A stretch of 64,000 nucleotides of DNA from Solobacterium sp. (GCA_017433125.1 JAFRHT010000116.1:18398-82397), one strand, 5' to 3'; shown: positions 48,731-58,570, counted from the stretch's first letter. Notes: a model not told the origin generated them from the sequence alone. Numbers and translations: made by a program.

Positions 48731-50073
48731 GCCAGACCCTTTTCAGCCAGCAACCGGCGGTATTCGTCCGCTGCTGCGAAGTCCTTTTCGGCCTTGGCCG
48801 CGTTCCATTTGGCGTAGAGTTCGCGGTCCTCATCCGTTACTGTGATCTTTTCCACTGTAATCCCGAGCAGATTCAACATTTTCTCCACCGCGTTGCGGAT
48901 TCTGCCCACAGCCGCATAGTCAATCTCACGCTGCCGCATGGCGCCGTTGAGCTTCTTGACGGCATCGAAGATGACCGCATAGGCATTCGGTGTATTCATG
49001 TCATCATCCATCTGGTCCAGGAAACTCCGCCAGGCTTCCTCATCGATTTCCGGCCCGAATGCAACTCCGTTCGTGGCCGCCTTGATGTCAGCCTGCCGCA
49101 GCGGGTCCATGACCCGCCTGAGTTCCTTGTTGGCTGTCTCAATGGTTTCTTCGCTGAAGTTGAGTTCCTTGCGGTAATGGACAGAGCTCATCAGCCAGCG
49201 GGTGGTGTTGATGCCGAGCTTCTCGACAACATCCTTGGCCCAAAGCACATTGCCCAGCGACTTGGACATCTTTTCACCGTTGATGTTGATCATCGCGTTG
49301 TGGACCCAGTAGTTGGCCAGGCCGTTATGGTTGACCGCCATGGACTGGGCCGCTTCATTCTCATGATGCGGGAAACGCAGGTCCATGCCGCCGCCGTGGA
49401 TATCGATCATCGGGCCCATGTTCTCGTTGATCATGACCACGCATTCGGTATGCCAGCCCGGCCGGCCCGGACCCCACGGGGAATCCCAGGTGATGCCCTT
49501 GTCTGTCTTCTTCCAGAGCGCGAAGTCATACGGGTTGCGCTTCTGGTCATTCTCCTCGACGCGGGCACCCGCTTCCAGCTGGTCCAGCTTCTGATGGCTC
49601 AGGGAACCGTAACCCGGCACGGAATCAACACTGAAGTATACATCGCCGTTGACTTCATAGGCAGTGCCGTTGTCGACCATCTGCTTGACGAAGGTGATGA
49701 TGCCGTCCATCGTTTCTGTAACTTTCGGCGTGATGTCCGGCAGTTCGGTGTTCAGCTGCCGGCGCAGGGCCTGATAGGCATCGATATAGCGCTCGGTGAT
49801 TTCCTTTTCCGTTGTGCCTTCCTCAATGGCCTTGTTGATGATCTTGTCATCGACATCCGTGAAGTTGGAAACATACTTGACCGTATAGCCTTCCGCCTCA
49901 AACAGACGCTTCAGTACATCAAAGACAACCATCGGCCGGGCATTGCCGATATGGGCAAAGTTATAAACCGTCGGGCCGCAGACATACATGTCCACATGGC
50001 CCTCATGGATCGGCTTGAACTCTTCGACCTGCAGTGTCTTTGTGTTGTAAATTCGAATCATATGTTTTTCCAT
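48727..50073 (-). CDS. cysS: Cysteine--tRNA ligase
   Basis: MEKHMIRIYNTKTLQVEEF, HIGNARP (HIGH), KMSKS present, CGPTVYN. ATG 50073 is preceded by GGAGGAAAGG. The ORF-track extension to 50235 covers the T-box leader and is rejected. Confidence 0.95.
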   Translation of the reverse strand: MEKHMIRIYNTKTLQVEEFKPIHEGHVDMYVCGPTVYNFAHIGNARPMVVFDVLKRLFEAEGYTVKYVSNFTDVDDKIINKAIEEGTTEKEITERYIDAYQALRRQLNTELPDITPKVTETMDGIITFVKQMVDNGTAYEVNGDVYFSVDSVPGYGSLSHQKLDQLEAGARVEENDQKRNPYDFALWKKTDKGITWDSPWGPGRPGWHTECVVMINENMGPMIDIHGGGMDLRFPHHENEAAQSMAVNHNGLANYWVHNAMININGEKMSKSLGNVLWAKDVVEKLGINTTRWLMSSVHYRKELNFSEETIETANKELRRVMDPLRQADIKAATNGVAFGPEIDEEAWRSFLDQMDDDMNTPNAYAVIFDAVKKLNGAMRQREIDYAAVGRIRNAVEKMLNLLGITVEKITVTDEDRELYAKWNAAKAEKDFAAADEYRRLLAEKGLA

Positions 50074-50082
50074 CCTTTCCTC

Positions 50083-50290
50083 CAAAAAAGGCGTCCCGAT
50101 AAAAAGACGCCCCTGCGTGGTTCCACTTTTCTTGCTTCTTGACGGCGTAACGTGCCTCACGTCCCACCCTACATTATCGGACAGGCCCTCCCGGATGCAT
50201 TCACAGGTTCTTTCTCGGTGCCGCCTTTTCACCATGCCGGCTCTCTCTTCTCACCTTCTGAATTCTGTTACTGGTTCCGATCATCGGTTT
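50083..50290 (-). promoter_or_regulatory. T-box riboswitch leader (Cys specifier UGC) controlling cysS
   Basis: The minus-strand RNA contains GGUGAGAAGAGAGAG (stem I/AG bulge), GGUGAAA (distal loop), the specifier context GAA-UGC-A, the T-box AAAAGUGGAACCACGCAGG, and the terminator GGCGUC(50111-50106)...GACGCC(50095-50090)+UUUUUU. Confidence 0.75.
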
Positions 50291-50295
50291 CCCAT

Positions 50296-50324
50296 ATTTT
50301 ATCTCATCCGCTGAATGCTTTCAA
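50296..50324 (-). promoter_or_regulatory. Sigma-A type promoter of the cysS T-box leader
   Basis: Minus strand: TTGAAA (50324-50319), 17 nt, TAAAAT (50301-50296). Confidence 0.5.
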
Positions 50325-50358
50325 CGGAAGTGTTCCTCCTGTTCAGGGTACAGGCTGC

Positions 50359-51726
50359 TTACCGTTCGGCGAGCAGATCCCTTTTCATCCGGCGGTACAG
50401 CAGGACAGCACAGAGACACGCCGTCATATCCGCAAACGGTACGGCCGTCCACAGCCGCAGGATGTCATGGAACAGATGCGACAGCAGGAAGAACGATGCC
50501 ACCGGCAGGACAAAGCCGCGCAGCACGTTCACGATCAGGGCAAAGCGGGCATGCCGCAGCGCCTGCATGGCCGAGCCGAGAATGACGCAGGTGCCGCCGA
50601 ACATCAGGGACAGCACACAGTACCGCAGGGCCGTCATGCCGATGGCCCTGAGCGCAGCCGAGGCACTGAACAAAGTCAGCAGGGTTCCCGGCATCAGTTC
50701 AAAGACCAGCGTCAGGACCGCCATCAGGCTCAGAATAATCGTCAGGGCATAGCGGATGGTCTGTGACACCCGGTCATACCGCTTCGTACCGCTGTTGTAG
50801 GACAGGATCGGAACCATGCCGTTGTTCATGCCGAAAGCCGGCATATAGCAGAAATTCTGCAGTTTGAGCCAGATGCCGTAGAGGGCCGTGGCCGTCGTGC
50901 TGTACTGCAGCAGGATCTGGTTGATGAAAAACGAACTCATGGAAGAGAGGCCCATCGTAATCATCGAGGGGAACCCGATAGTATAGATTTCCTTTACCGC
51001 CGCGCGGCTGGGATGGAAGATCAGGCCCGGGCTGAAACGGAGCCATTCATTTTTCCGCATATTGAAATATCCGGCCAGGCAGGCCGCAAACACCTGTCCC
51101 AGAACCGTGGCCAGCGCCGCCCCGGCAATGCCGAGCCGCGGGAACGGGCCGATGCCGAAGATCAGCAGCGGGTCAAAAATGATATTGAATACGGCCCCGG
51201 AAGCCTGGGAGATCATGGCCAGTGTCGCATAGCCGCTGGAAGTAAGCATCTTTTCAAACAGCACGCCGAAGAACGAACCCATGCAGACAATCCAGATGAT
51301 GGACAGATACTGTGTGCCGCCCTCCACGATTTCCGCCACATTGGTCTGGAATTCGTAGAAGTGCCGGGTGAACGTCAGCCCGAGCAGCACAAACACCGCC
51401 GTGTAGCACAGACACAGGAAAATCCCGGTATTGGCCAGCCGGTCTGCGTGATCGATCCGTTTCTGGGCAATTGCCCGGGGAATACTGGCACTGATGCCGA
51501 CCCCGGTGCCGATGCCGATCGCCCCCATGATCTGCTGCATCGGAAAAGCCAGGGAAACCGCTGCCAGGGCATTCTCGGAGATCCGGGCCACAAACATGGA
51601 GTCCACGATATTGTACAAAGCCTGGATGAAGAAGGACATCATCATCGGCACAGCCATGGATATCAGCAGCGGCAGGACCGCCATCGTGCCCATGCGGTTC
51701 TGCTGTTCATTGCGCTTTTCTGTCAT
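50359..51726 (-). CDS. MATE family efflux transporter
   Basis: 455 aa, 12 TM-like segments. LPLLISMAVPMMMSFFIQALYNIVDSMFV is a MATE N-terminal motif. Confidence 0.85.
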   Translation of the reverse strand: MTEKRNEQQNRMGTMAVLPLLISMAVPMMMSFFIQALYNIVDSMFVARISENALAAVSLAFPMQQIMGAIGIGTGVGISASIPRAIAQKRIDHADRLANTGIFLCLCYTAVFVLLGLTFTRHFYEFQTNVAEIVEGGTQYLSIIWIVCMGSFFGVLFEKMLTSSGYATLAMISQASGAVFNIIFDPLLIFGIGPFPRLGIAGAALATVLGQVFAACLAGYFNMRKNEWLRFSPGLIFHPSRAAVKEIYTIGFPSMITMGLSSMSSFFINQILLQYSTTATALYGIWLKLQNFCYMPAFGMNNGMVPILSYNSGTKRYDRVSQTIRYALTIILSLMAVLTLVFELMPGTLLTLFSASAALRAIGMTALRYCVLSLMFGGTCVILGSAMQALRHARFALIVNVLRGFVLPVASFFLLSHLFHDILRLWTAVPFADMTACLCAVLLYRRMKRDLLAER

Positions 51727-51792
51727 ATGTTCCTCACTTACTGCATCATTTTAAACTGATTGCCTGCTGATTTCTAACGAAAAACTCCGGCA

Positions 51793-51820
51793 TAAAAAAA
51801 TGCACAGCCGGGCTGTGCAT
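51793..51820 (-). terminator. Intrinsic terminator downstream of the zinc-ribbon/ftsH transcription unit
   Basis: Stem ATGCACAGC (51800-51808) / GCTGTGCAT (51812-51820), loop CGG. On the minus strand it is followed by TTTTTTT (51799-51793). Confidence 0.7.
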
Positions 51821-51831
51821 TTCAGGTATGG

Positions 51832-52707
51832 TTATCTGATGATTCTGAAGTCATCCACGATCGGCAGGTTGCTGTCGGAACCGGTTACTGCCTGGAAGAT
51901 GCCGGCAAAGAATACAACGACAATTGCCAGGCTCAGGATATTGCCGATCAGCGGCACATCCACCAGGAAGGCCGCGATATTGATCAGCAGGGCCCGGTTC
52001 AGGTGCTTCTTGACATATTCCGAACGGTTATTGCCGGTCGCGAAGAACGAGATCAGCCAGCCCAGCCAGGTGAAGTATGACAAGACGCTGAACAGTTTGT
52101 CATTTCCCGCCGGGGCAGTCCGCGCATGGGTTGCCGAGGCGGGGCGGGCAGTGGTCCGGGCCCGTCTTCTGGCAGCCTGTTCCTCTGCTTCCTTCCGGCG
52201 CTGTTCTTCCAGCTCGCGGATCAGCTGTTCGGTCTTGCTGGGACCTTCTTCCTTCTTCTGCTGATAGCTGGCGGCGTATTCCTTCGCCTCTTTCTGCATA
52301 TCGGTTTCATCCGGCATTACCAGTACCGGGGTAACGGTCTGGGCCTGGACGTTGCCGGAAGTCTGCACTCCTGTCTGAGAGGTCAGCACATCGGCGAGGT
52401 CTTCCTCCGCCTTCTGCGCCGCCGCGTTCATCTCCACCTCGGTCTTGGCCAGGGCCGCTTCCAGCGAACCTTCCAGGGTCAGCTGGATGCCTGAGGTTTC
52501 CGGCCGCTTTGGTACGGGAATCTCGATTTCCGGCTCAGCCGTCAGTTCCGGTTCCTTTACCGGTTCCAGCTCTTTTACAGGCTCTGGTTCCTTGACAGGT
52601 TCCGGTTCAGCCGGGGCCGGCTGTTCTGTTTCCTGTTTGGCACCGCAGATCGGGCAGAACTTTGCGTCATCAGGAATTTCGGCATTGCAATACGGACATT
52701 TTTTCAT
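51832..52707 (-). CDS. Zinc-ribbon domain membrane protein with an acidic Pro/Glu repeat linker
   Basis: 291 aa. N-terminal CPYCNAEIPDDAKFCPICG, EPVKEP repeats, Arg/Glu-rich segment, C-terminal hydrophobic helices (SVLSYFTWLGWLISFF...; IAAFLVDVPLIGNILSLAIVVVFFAGIF). Confidence 0.6.
   Translation of the reverse strand: MKKCPYCNAEIPDDAKFCPICGAKQETEQPAPAEPEPVKEPEPVKELEPVKEPELTAEPEIEIPVPKRPETSGIQLTLEGSLEAALAKTEVEMNAAAQKAEEDLADVLTSQTGVQTSGNVQAQTVTPVLVMPDETDMQKEAKEYAASYQQKKEEGPSKTEQLIRELEEQRRKEAEEQAARRRARTTARPASATHARTAPAGNDKLFSVLSYFTWLGWLISFFATGNNRSEYVKKHLNRALLINIAAFLVDVPLIGNILSLAIVVVFFAGIFQAVTGSDSNLPIVDDFRIIR
52549..52602 (-). repeat. Imperfect 18-nt tandem repeat x3 encoding (EPVKE[PL])3
   Basis: Protein aa 36-53 read EPVKEPEPVKELEPVKEP. 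The DNA reads GGTTCCTTTACCGG / TTCCAGCTCTTTTACAGG / CTCTGGTTCCTTGACAGG on the plus strand. Confidence 0.6.
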
Positions 52708-52724
52708 CTTCGGTACCTCCGGGT

Positions 52725-54680
52725 TTATTCCCCTGCCTCTTGTTCAGGCTTTTCTTCTTCACTGACAGCTGTTTCTGCCGTCTCGGCTGCTTTTTCCGCC
52801 GGCTGTTCTTCCGGCTGGTCAATCGGCTTTTCCGCCTTGTGCTGGTCACGGAAATCCGCTTCGATGGATTCCCCGCGGATTACTCTTTCAATCTGCTCGG
52901 AAGTCAGGGTTTCGTATTCGATCAGTGCTTCCGCAATCCGGATCAGTTCTTCTCTGTGCTCTTCGATAATCTTTCTGGCCAGATCGTGGCAGTTGTTGAC
53001 GATCTTGCGGACTTCCTGATCAATTTCGAAGGCTACCTGGCCGGAGACATTGCTCGGTGAGTTGTAGTCCCTGCCCAGGAAGACATTCTCATTGCCGGAA
53101 TCATACTTGATCGGGCCCAGGTCACTCATGCCGTACAGGGTAACCATATCCCTGGCAATGTTGGTGGCCCGCTCGATATCGTTGACCGCCCCGGTAGTGA
53201 CATCGTCAAAGAACATCTCTTCAGCCGTACGGCCGCCCATGAAGCCGGTGATGGTGGCGATGAGATCATTCTTCGTATTCATCATCTTCTCATCCTTCGG
53301 GGTCATGAGGTTATATCCGCCGGCCTGGCCGCGCGGGATAATCGTCACTTTCTGCACCACGGACGCGTTGTCCAGGAACAGGCCGATAATCGCATGGCCG
53401 GATTCGTGATAAGCCACCAGTTTCTTTGTCTTTTCGTCATAGGTACGGCTGACTTTGGCCGGTCCCATCATGACCCGGTCGATCGCTTCGTCAATCTGGG
53501 CCATGTGAATTTCATCCAGATTCTCCCTGACAGCCAGGATCGCCGCTTCATTCAGCACGTTCTCCAGATCAGCGCCGCTGAAGCCCGGCATGCGCTTGGC
53601 CAGTGCGTCCATATCAACATCAGGCGCGATCCGTTTGTTTCTGGCATGCACTTCAAGAATTGCCTTGCGGCCCTTGCGGTCCGGCAGCGCCACGGTGATC
53701 TGCCGGTCAAACCGGCCGGCCCGCAGCAGCGCCGGGTCGAGGACGTCAGGCCGGTTGGTCGCGGCAATGACCACGATGCCGGTATTGTCCTCCATGCCGT
53801 CCATTTCCACGAGCAGCTGGTTCAGGGTCTGCTCACGTTCGTCATGCCCGCCGCCGAAGCCGGCACCTCTCTGCCGGCCGACTGCGTCGATTTCATCGAT
53901 GAATATAATGCACGGGGCCGTCTGCTGGGCCTTCTTGAACATGTCACGGACACGGCTCGCGCCGACACCGACAAACATTTCCACGAAGTCCGAACCGGAA
54001 ATGCTGTAGAACGGGACGTTGGCTTCCCCGGCGACCGCCTTGGCCAGCAGGGTCTTGCCGGTTCCCGGGTGCCCGCACAGCAGGACGCCCTTCGGGATTC
54101 TCGCACCCATCCGCTGGAACTTCTTCGGATACTTCAGGTAATCGATGATTTCCGCCATTTCCTGCTTTTCTTCATCGCAGCCGGCCACATCGGTGAACCG
54201 GACCTTGCTCTTGGTCTCCAGCTGGGCCCGGGACTTGCCGAACTCAAAGGCCCGCGCGTTGGCCGAACCCGAACCGTTCATCCGGTTGACCATCCAGATG
54301 CCCATCAGCATGATCATGACAAACGGGATCATCGAGAACAGCGTTTCCATGAACACATTGGACGCTTCGGAATCCACAATGGTGAGCTTGCTGTCTTCCA
54401 GTTCTTTCAGGATGGCACTGATCTCGTCATCATTGGACGGCACCGTCGCGGTAAAAGTAACGGTTTCCTCACCCTGCTCATAGACACCGCGTACCGTGCT
54501 GATGTTCGAGCCGATGGAAAGCACCGATTCCTTGATTGTCTCTTTCTGCAGTACTTCCTGAAACTCGTTGTAATTCAAGGACTGTGTCGATGACGGACTG
54601 TTCATGTTGAACAGCGAGATCAGCGCGACAATCACGATCACATACGGCAGAAAGTTAAGAATTCTGTTTTTCTGCTGCAT
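52725..54680 (-). CDS. ftsH: ATP-dependent zinc metalloprotease FtsH
   Basis: 651 aa. Walker A GHPGTGKT, Walker [13 protein letters not shown] region, zinc site HESGHA. Confidence 0.97.
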   Translation of the reverse strand: MQQKNRILNFLPYVIVIVALISLFNMNSPSSTQSLNYNEFQEVLQKETIKESVLSIGSNISTVRGVYEQGEETVTFTATVPSNDDEISAILKELEDSKLTIVDSEASNVFMETLFSMIPFVMIMLMGIWMVNRMNGSGSANARAFEFGKSRAQLETKSKVRFTDVAGCDEEKQEMAEIIDYLKYPKKFQRMGARIPKGVLLCGHPGTGKTLLAKAVAGEANVPFYSISGSDFVEMFVGVGASRVRDMFKKAQQTAPCIIFIDEIDAVGRQRGAGFGGGHDEREQTLNQLLVEMDGMEDNTGIVVIAATNRPDVLDPALLRAGRFDRQITVALPDRKGRKAILEVHARNKRIAPDVDMDALAKRMPGFSGADLENVLNEAAILAVRENLDEIHMAQIDEAIDRVMMGPAKVSRTYDEKTKKLVAYHESGHAIIGLFLDNASVVQKVTIIPRGQAGGYNLMTPKDEKMMNTKNDLIATITGFMGGRTAEEMFFDDVTTGAVNDIERATNIARDMVTLYGMSDLGPIKYDSGNENVFLGRDYNSPSNVSGQVAFEIDQEVRKIVNNCHDLARKIIEEHREELIRIAEALIEYETLTSEQIERVIRGESIEADFRDQHKAEKPIDQPEEQPAEKAAETAETAVSEEEKPEQEAGE

Positions 54681-54695
54681 TTTTGCCTCACTTTC

Positions 54696-55235
54696 TTACT
54701 GATAGCATTCTTCCTTCAGAACACCTATATACGGCAGGCCGCGGTACAGCTGGTTGTAATCCATACCGAAGCCGACCACGAATTCATTCGGGACTTCAAA
54801 GCCGACATAATCCGGCTTCATTTCCAGCACCCGGCGGGAAGGCTTGTCCAGCAGGGTCACGATTTTCACGGATCTGGCGCCCTTGTTCTTCAGCAGGCTG
54901 ATGACCGCGTCCAGGGTCCGGCCGGTATCGACAATGTCTTCCACCAGCAGGATATCGAGATCCTGCACGGAGGTATCGAGATCTTTCAGAATCTTGATGT
55001 CCCCGCCGGATTCCGTCCCGGCATAGCTTGTCACATCCATGAAATCATACTGAATATCGAGATCGATATGCTTGATGAGTTCGGCCAGAAACGGCACCGA
55101 TCCCCGCAGCAGCGCCACCAGCAGCGGCGGTCTCTCCCGGTCGCGGTAATCATTGGTGATGGCCGCTCCCAGTTCCGTGCTTCTGGCAATGATTTCTGCT
55201 TCGGTAAAAAGGATCTTTTTGACGTTCTTATGCAT
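54696..55235 (-). CDS. hpt: Hypoxanthine phosphoribosyltransferase
   Basis: 179 aa. PRPP-binding loop ILLVEDIVDTGRTL. Position tilS-hpt-ftsH as in Bacillus. Confidence 0.92.
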   Translation of the reverse strand: MHKNVKKILFTEAEIIARSTELGAAITNDYRDRERPPLLVALLRGSVPFLAELIKHIDLDIQYDFMDVTSYAGTESGGDIKILKDLDTSVQDLDILLVEDIVDTGRTLDAVISLLKNKGARSVKIVTLLDKPSRRVLEMKPDYVGFEVPNEFVVGFGMDYNQLYRGLPYIGVLKEECYQ

Positions 55236-56478
55236 TTCCGGCTTCTCCCTCGCTATTTGCTAATTGTATCACACAATAATCCGGCTTTATAGAATAATGA
55301 TCGGTATCACAGCCCAGTCCCGGCACCAGGATCACGGTGCCGCCGGCGTTGACCACAACCGGCCACAGGGGCCGCTGCCAGCGCGGGATATGCCGGTCAA
55401 TGAAGAACCGGTGCACGCTCTTGGTGCCGTACCGCATGCGGATCCGGTCACCGGGCTGCCAGCTGCGTATAGTCAGCGGGAAGTCATCCGGCTGAAGCGT
55501 CACCGCATTGACCCCCGGGACACCCGGCTGCACGGCAAAATGGCCATACACCTGCCAGCGCATGGCTTCTCTGTCCGCAAATACGGCCGCATACGGCTCC
55601 GCCGGGTCTATACAGCGCAGGTACCCCCGGTCCGTCACCAGCTGCTTATCTCCGGCCGGGATCAGGAAATCATTCTGTTTCAGAAGGACACTGTCCATCT
55701 GTTCAAGGTGCGCTGCCGACCACGAAGTCCCGGCTCCGCTGTCCTTCAGAAACATCCGCAGCAGGGTCAGCCGGTCGGTCAGTTCCATCCGGCGGTAACG
55801 GGAAAGATCGATCCGTTCTTCCCGGATCTCGGTTTTCACCCGGCAGCGTCTTTCCTTCCACTCGGCATTCAGCCCGGCGATCTCGCGCAGCACCATCTGC
55901 CGTTCAAACGGGGTCATCGGTTCCACCACGGCATGCCGGATCCGGTTGCGGGTATATTCATCGCTGTCATTGGTTTCATCCAGATAATACCGGATGCCCC
56001 TGGCTGCGCAGTATGCCATGAGTTCTTTCCGGGTATAGCCCAGCAGCGGCCGCACCACCCGCATGCCCGCGTAGACGGTCTCAGCCGCGAGGCCCCAGGT
56101 TTCCGGGATCTGGCCCCGCTCCTGCTGCAGCAGGAATGTTTCAATATGGTCATCCTGCTGATGGGCAATCATCACGCCGCGGTAGCCGTAATCCCGGCAC
56201 AGCTGCGCAAAAAACGCATACCGCCATGTCCTGGCTGCCGCCTCGAAATTCCCGGCCGGCGCAAAGGCATCATTGCGCACATGCAGGGTTACATGGCGTT
56301 CGGCGCACCAGCCGCGCAGGTATTCTTCCTCCTGTTCGGCCTGTTTCTGGTGGTGGTAGTTCACATGGGCAGCTGCCGCGTCGATCCCCGCTTCCAGGCA
56401 CATTGCCAGCAGCGCCATTGAATCCGGCCCGGCGGATACCCCGACCAGCCACCGGCCTGTATATTGCTTCGCATCCAT
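55228..56478 (-). CDS. tilS: tRNA(Ile)-lysidine synthetase
   Basis: 416 aa. PP-loop VGVSAGPDSMALL, HQQDDHIETFLL. 8-nt overlap with hpt. Confidence 0.9.
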   Translation of the reverse strand: MDAKQYTGRWLVGVSAGPDSMALLAMCLEAGIDAAAAHVNYHHQKQAEQEEEYLRGWCAERHVTLHVRNDAFAPAGNFEAAARTWRYAFFAQLCRDYGYRGVMIAHQQDDHIETFLLQQERGQIPETWGLAAETVYAGMRVVRPLLGYTRKELMAYCAARGIRYYLDETNDSDEYTRNRIRHAVVEPMTPFERQMVLREIAGLNAEWKERRCRVKTEIREERIDLSRYRRMELTDRLTLLRMFLKDSGAGTSWSAAHLEQMDSVLLKQNDFLIPAGDKQLVTDRGYLRCIDPAEPYAAVFADREAMRWQVYGHFAVQPGVPGVNAVTLQPDDFPLTIRSWQPGDRIRMRYGTKSVHRFFIDRHIPRWQRPLWPVVVNAGGTVILVPGLGCDTDHYSIKPDYCVIQLANSEGEAGNA

Positions 56479-56513
56479 AGTTTCATATTAACAGGTATCG
56501 GCCCCGGCAGATA

Positions 56514-57131
56514 TTAATTCTCCCCGGTCTGCCCGTCAGCGGTCCGGCCAGGCGGCATATCCAGCCAGCCCTCACGGCTGAAGAGCACCTCCAGCATGCG
56601 CTGCTGGATGCGCCGGAACAGGACGCTGCGCACATCGAGATGGGCCTTGACGTCAATCACCCGGGCTGTGTTGATGAACTTCATATCATTGAGGAACAGC
56701 ACACTGGGCCGGTTCATCGGTTCGATCTTTCCCAGCCGCATCAGGTGTTTCCGCCCGGCCGGGTTCTCCTGCGGGTCATAGGCCTTGGCATACTGCACCG
56801 GATTGCTGGTCATCGGGATGACCAGGGCCTTGCGCCGGCATACGGCCATGACAATGCCGAAGTGCTGATACCCGGTCTCATTCAGGTAAGCCTGGCCGAA
56901 GTCCGTATAGCAGATATCCCCGGGCACGATATTCAGCCCCATCTCCTCACCGGATGAATAATGGCTGCGCAGGATCCAGTTGGCCTCGGACACCATGTTG
57001 CTGTCAAGATGTTCATTCACCAGATTCCGGTACACTTCCCGGCGGCTGCGGATATAATTCTGCCATTCCTGCTGATACCGCCCCGAGGCATCCGCATTCA
57101 GCAGCACCTCCACGTTCTTATAATTGATCAT
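56514..57131 (-). CDS. Hypothetical protein with a MazF/PemK-like (SH3-barrel toxin) core and a ~65-aa N-terminal extension
   Basis: 205 aa. PGDICYTDFGQAYLNETGYQHFGIVMAV...ALVIPMTSNP...SVLFLNDMKFINTARVIDVKAHLDVRSVLFRRIQQRMLEVL follows the MazF pattern (GD-[IV]-x-x-x-DF...G-x-E...RP-x-[IV]V...[IV]-x-P-x-TS...D-Q-[IV]-x-x-[IV]-D-x-x-R). Confidence 0.45.
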   Translation of the reverse strand: MINYKNVEVLLNADASGRYQQEWQNYIRSRREVYRNLVNEHLDSNMVSEANWILRSHYSSGEEMGLNIVPGDICYTDFGQAYLNETGYQHFGIVMAVCRRKALVIPMTSNPVQYAKAYDPQENPAGRKHLMRLGKIEPMNRPSVLFLNDMKFINTARVIDVKAHLDVRSVLFRRIQQRMLEVLFSREGWLDMPPGRTADGQTGEN

Positions 57132-57187
57132 AAAAAAACACCTCCACTTATTTCTTTCGCAGAGATGTTCACGATAACCTGGTTTTC

Positions 57188-58309
57188 CTATGACTTTTTT
57201 TCTTCTTCCAGATACCTGGTGTCCACCGGGTCTTCCCCGTCCAGCATCCGCGGATGCCCGGTCAGCCGGTTGGCCACGGACAGCAGCGGGTGGAAATGCG
57301 GGTTGATCATGCCGGTATACTCGATGAAGATTTCCGCGCCCAGCAGCAGCGCGACAACGATGAACATGCCAAGCTTCGGCCGGAAGTAGCTCAGCACCGC
57401 AGCGCCGGCAAACAGCAGCGTAACCACATAGAGGATCAGCACCGTCCGCCTGTGACCCAGCTTCAGCTTGATCATCAGGATATGATGCAGATGCCCCCGG
57501 TCCGCCTCGAAGATCCGCTGCCCCTTCAGTTTGCGCCTGACAATCGCAATCAGCGTATCGCTGATCGGGATAAACAGCACCAGCATCGGCAGGCCCAGGG
57601 TGATCAGCGCCGTGGTCTTGAAGCCCAGCAGCGACATGCAGGCGATGGTAAAGCCCATGAACTGCGCCCCGCAGTCACCGACAAAGATCGAAGCAGGATG
57701 GAAGTTGTACGGCAGGAAGCCGAGGATTGCCCCGGACAGGGACAGGGCCAGGATGCAGATATCCCGCCGGCCCATGAAGAAGCCCAGCAGGCCGATCGTC
57801 AGGGTGACAATCGTGGAGATGCCTGAAGACAGTCCGTCCAGACCGTCAATCAGGTTGATCGCGTTGGTAATGCCGACAATCCAGAAGAAGGAAATGCCGT
57901 AGGTCAGCACCGGGTTATCGAGGGTCAGCGAGAAGATATGCAGGCTGTCCAGGTGCAGATGGCCGAACAGCATGGCAAACACCGCCCCGCCGACCTGCAG
58001 TGCCAGTTTGATCTTCGGGGACAGGTCATAGATATCGTCCAGCAGCCCGCCCATGAAGACGAGGAAGCCGCCGATCAGAATCCCGTTGAGCGTATCATCG
58101 GCCGCCCACAGCACCGCCAGGGAGATCAGAAAAGCCAGAAAGATAGCCACCCCGCCGATCCGGACAATCCGCCCGTGGTGCACCGTTCTGGCATTTTCCA
58201 CCGCATAAAACCCCAGCTTCAGCCCGATCAGCTTGCAGACCGGCACCAGAACCAGGGAGATGACAAACGGCAGTGCGAAATACGGAAACGCTCCTATAAC
58301 CAGATTCAC
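57188..58309 (-). CDS. MraY-superfamily polyprenyl-phosphate N-acetylhexosamine-1-phosphate transferase (WecA/TagO type)
   Basis: 373 aa, polytopic. GGLLDDIYDLSPKIKL, NAINLIDGLDGL, FVGDCGAQFMGF are MraY/WecA family motifs. Confidence 0.85.
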   Translation of the reverse strand: MNLVIGAFPYFALPFVISLVLVPVCKLIGLKLGFYAVENARTVHHGRIVRIGGVAIFLAFLISLAVLWAADDTLNGILIGGFLVFMGGLLDDIYDLSPKIKLALQVGGAVFAMLFGHLHLDSLHIFSLTLDNPVLTYGISFFWIVGITNAINLIDGLDGLSSGISTIVTLTIGLLGFFMGRRDICILALSLSGAILGFLPYNFHPASIFVGDCGAQFMGFTIACMSLLGFKTTALITLGLPMLVLFIPISDTLIAIVRRKLKGQRIFEADRGHLHHILMIKLKLGHRRTVLILYVVTLLFAGAAVLSYFRPKLGMFIVVALLLGAEIFIEYTGMINPHFHPLLSVANRLTGHPRMLDGEDPVDTRYLEEEKKS

Positions 58310-58360
58310 GTGTATTACCTGTAATAACCTGCAATATTATAACACGAAGCAGTGTGTTCC

Positions 58361-58570
58361 TTACCCCTGCAGACGGTAAAGGAAACCCAGCAGGAACTGG
58401 GCAGAAAGCCAGGCCAGGGAAATCACCAGCAGCGCATAAAGCACCCGGGCTTCCATGACCCTGTTTTTCTTCAGCAGTTTTTCAAAATCCAGGGCCTGCA
58501 TGGCATAGAAGGACACCAGCAGGCACATCATATATATGCCCGTGCGGACATAGAAAAATGTCAGTGCCAT
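58361..58570 (-). CDS. DUF1146 (YwzB-like) small membrane protein
   Basis: 69 aa, two TM segments. MQALDFEKLLKKNRVMEARVLYALLVISLA matches my recollection of the YwzB family. The start abuts the upp stop. Confidence 0.65.
   Translation of the reverse strand: MALTFFYVRTGIYMMCLLVSFYAMQALDFEKLLKKNRVMEARVLYALLVISLAWLSAQFLLGFLYRLQG

Noticed and set aside
50074-50235. 54-codon N-terminal extension of cysS in the ORF track
   Set aside because: The region encodes the T-box leader (specifier, T-box, terminator). A strong SD (GGAGGAAAGG) precedes the internal ATG at 50073, and the CysS homology begins there.
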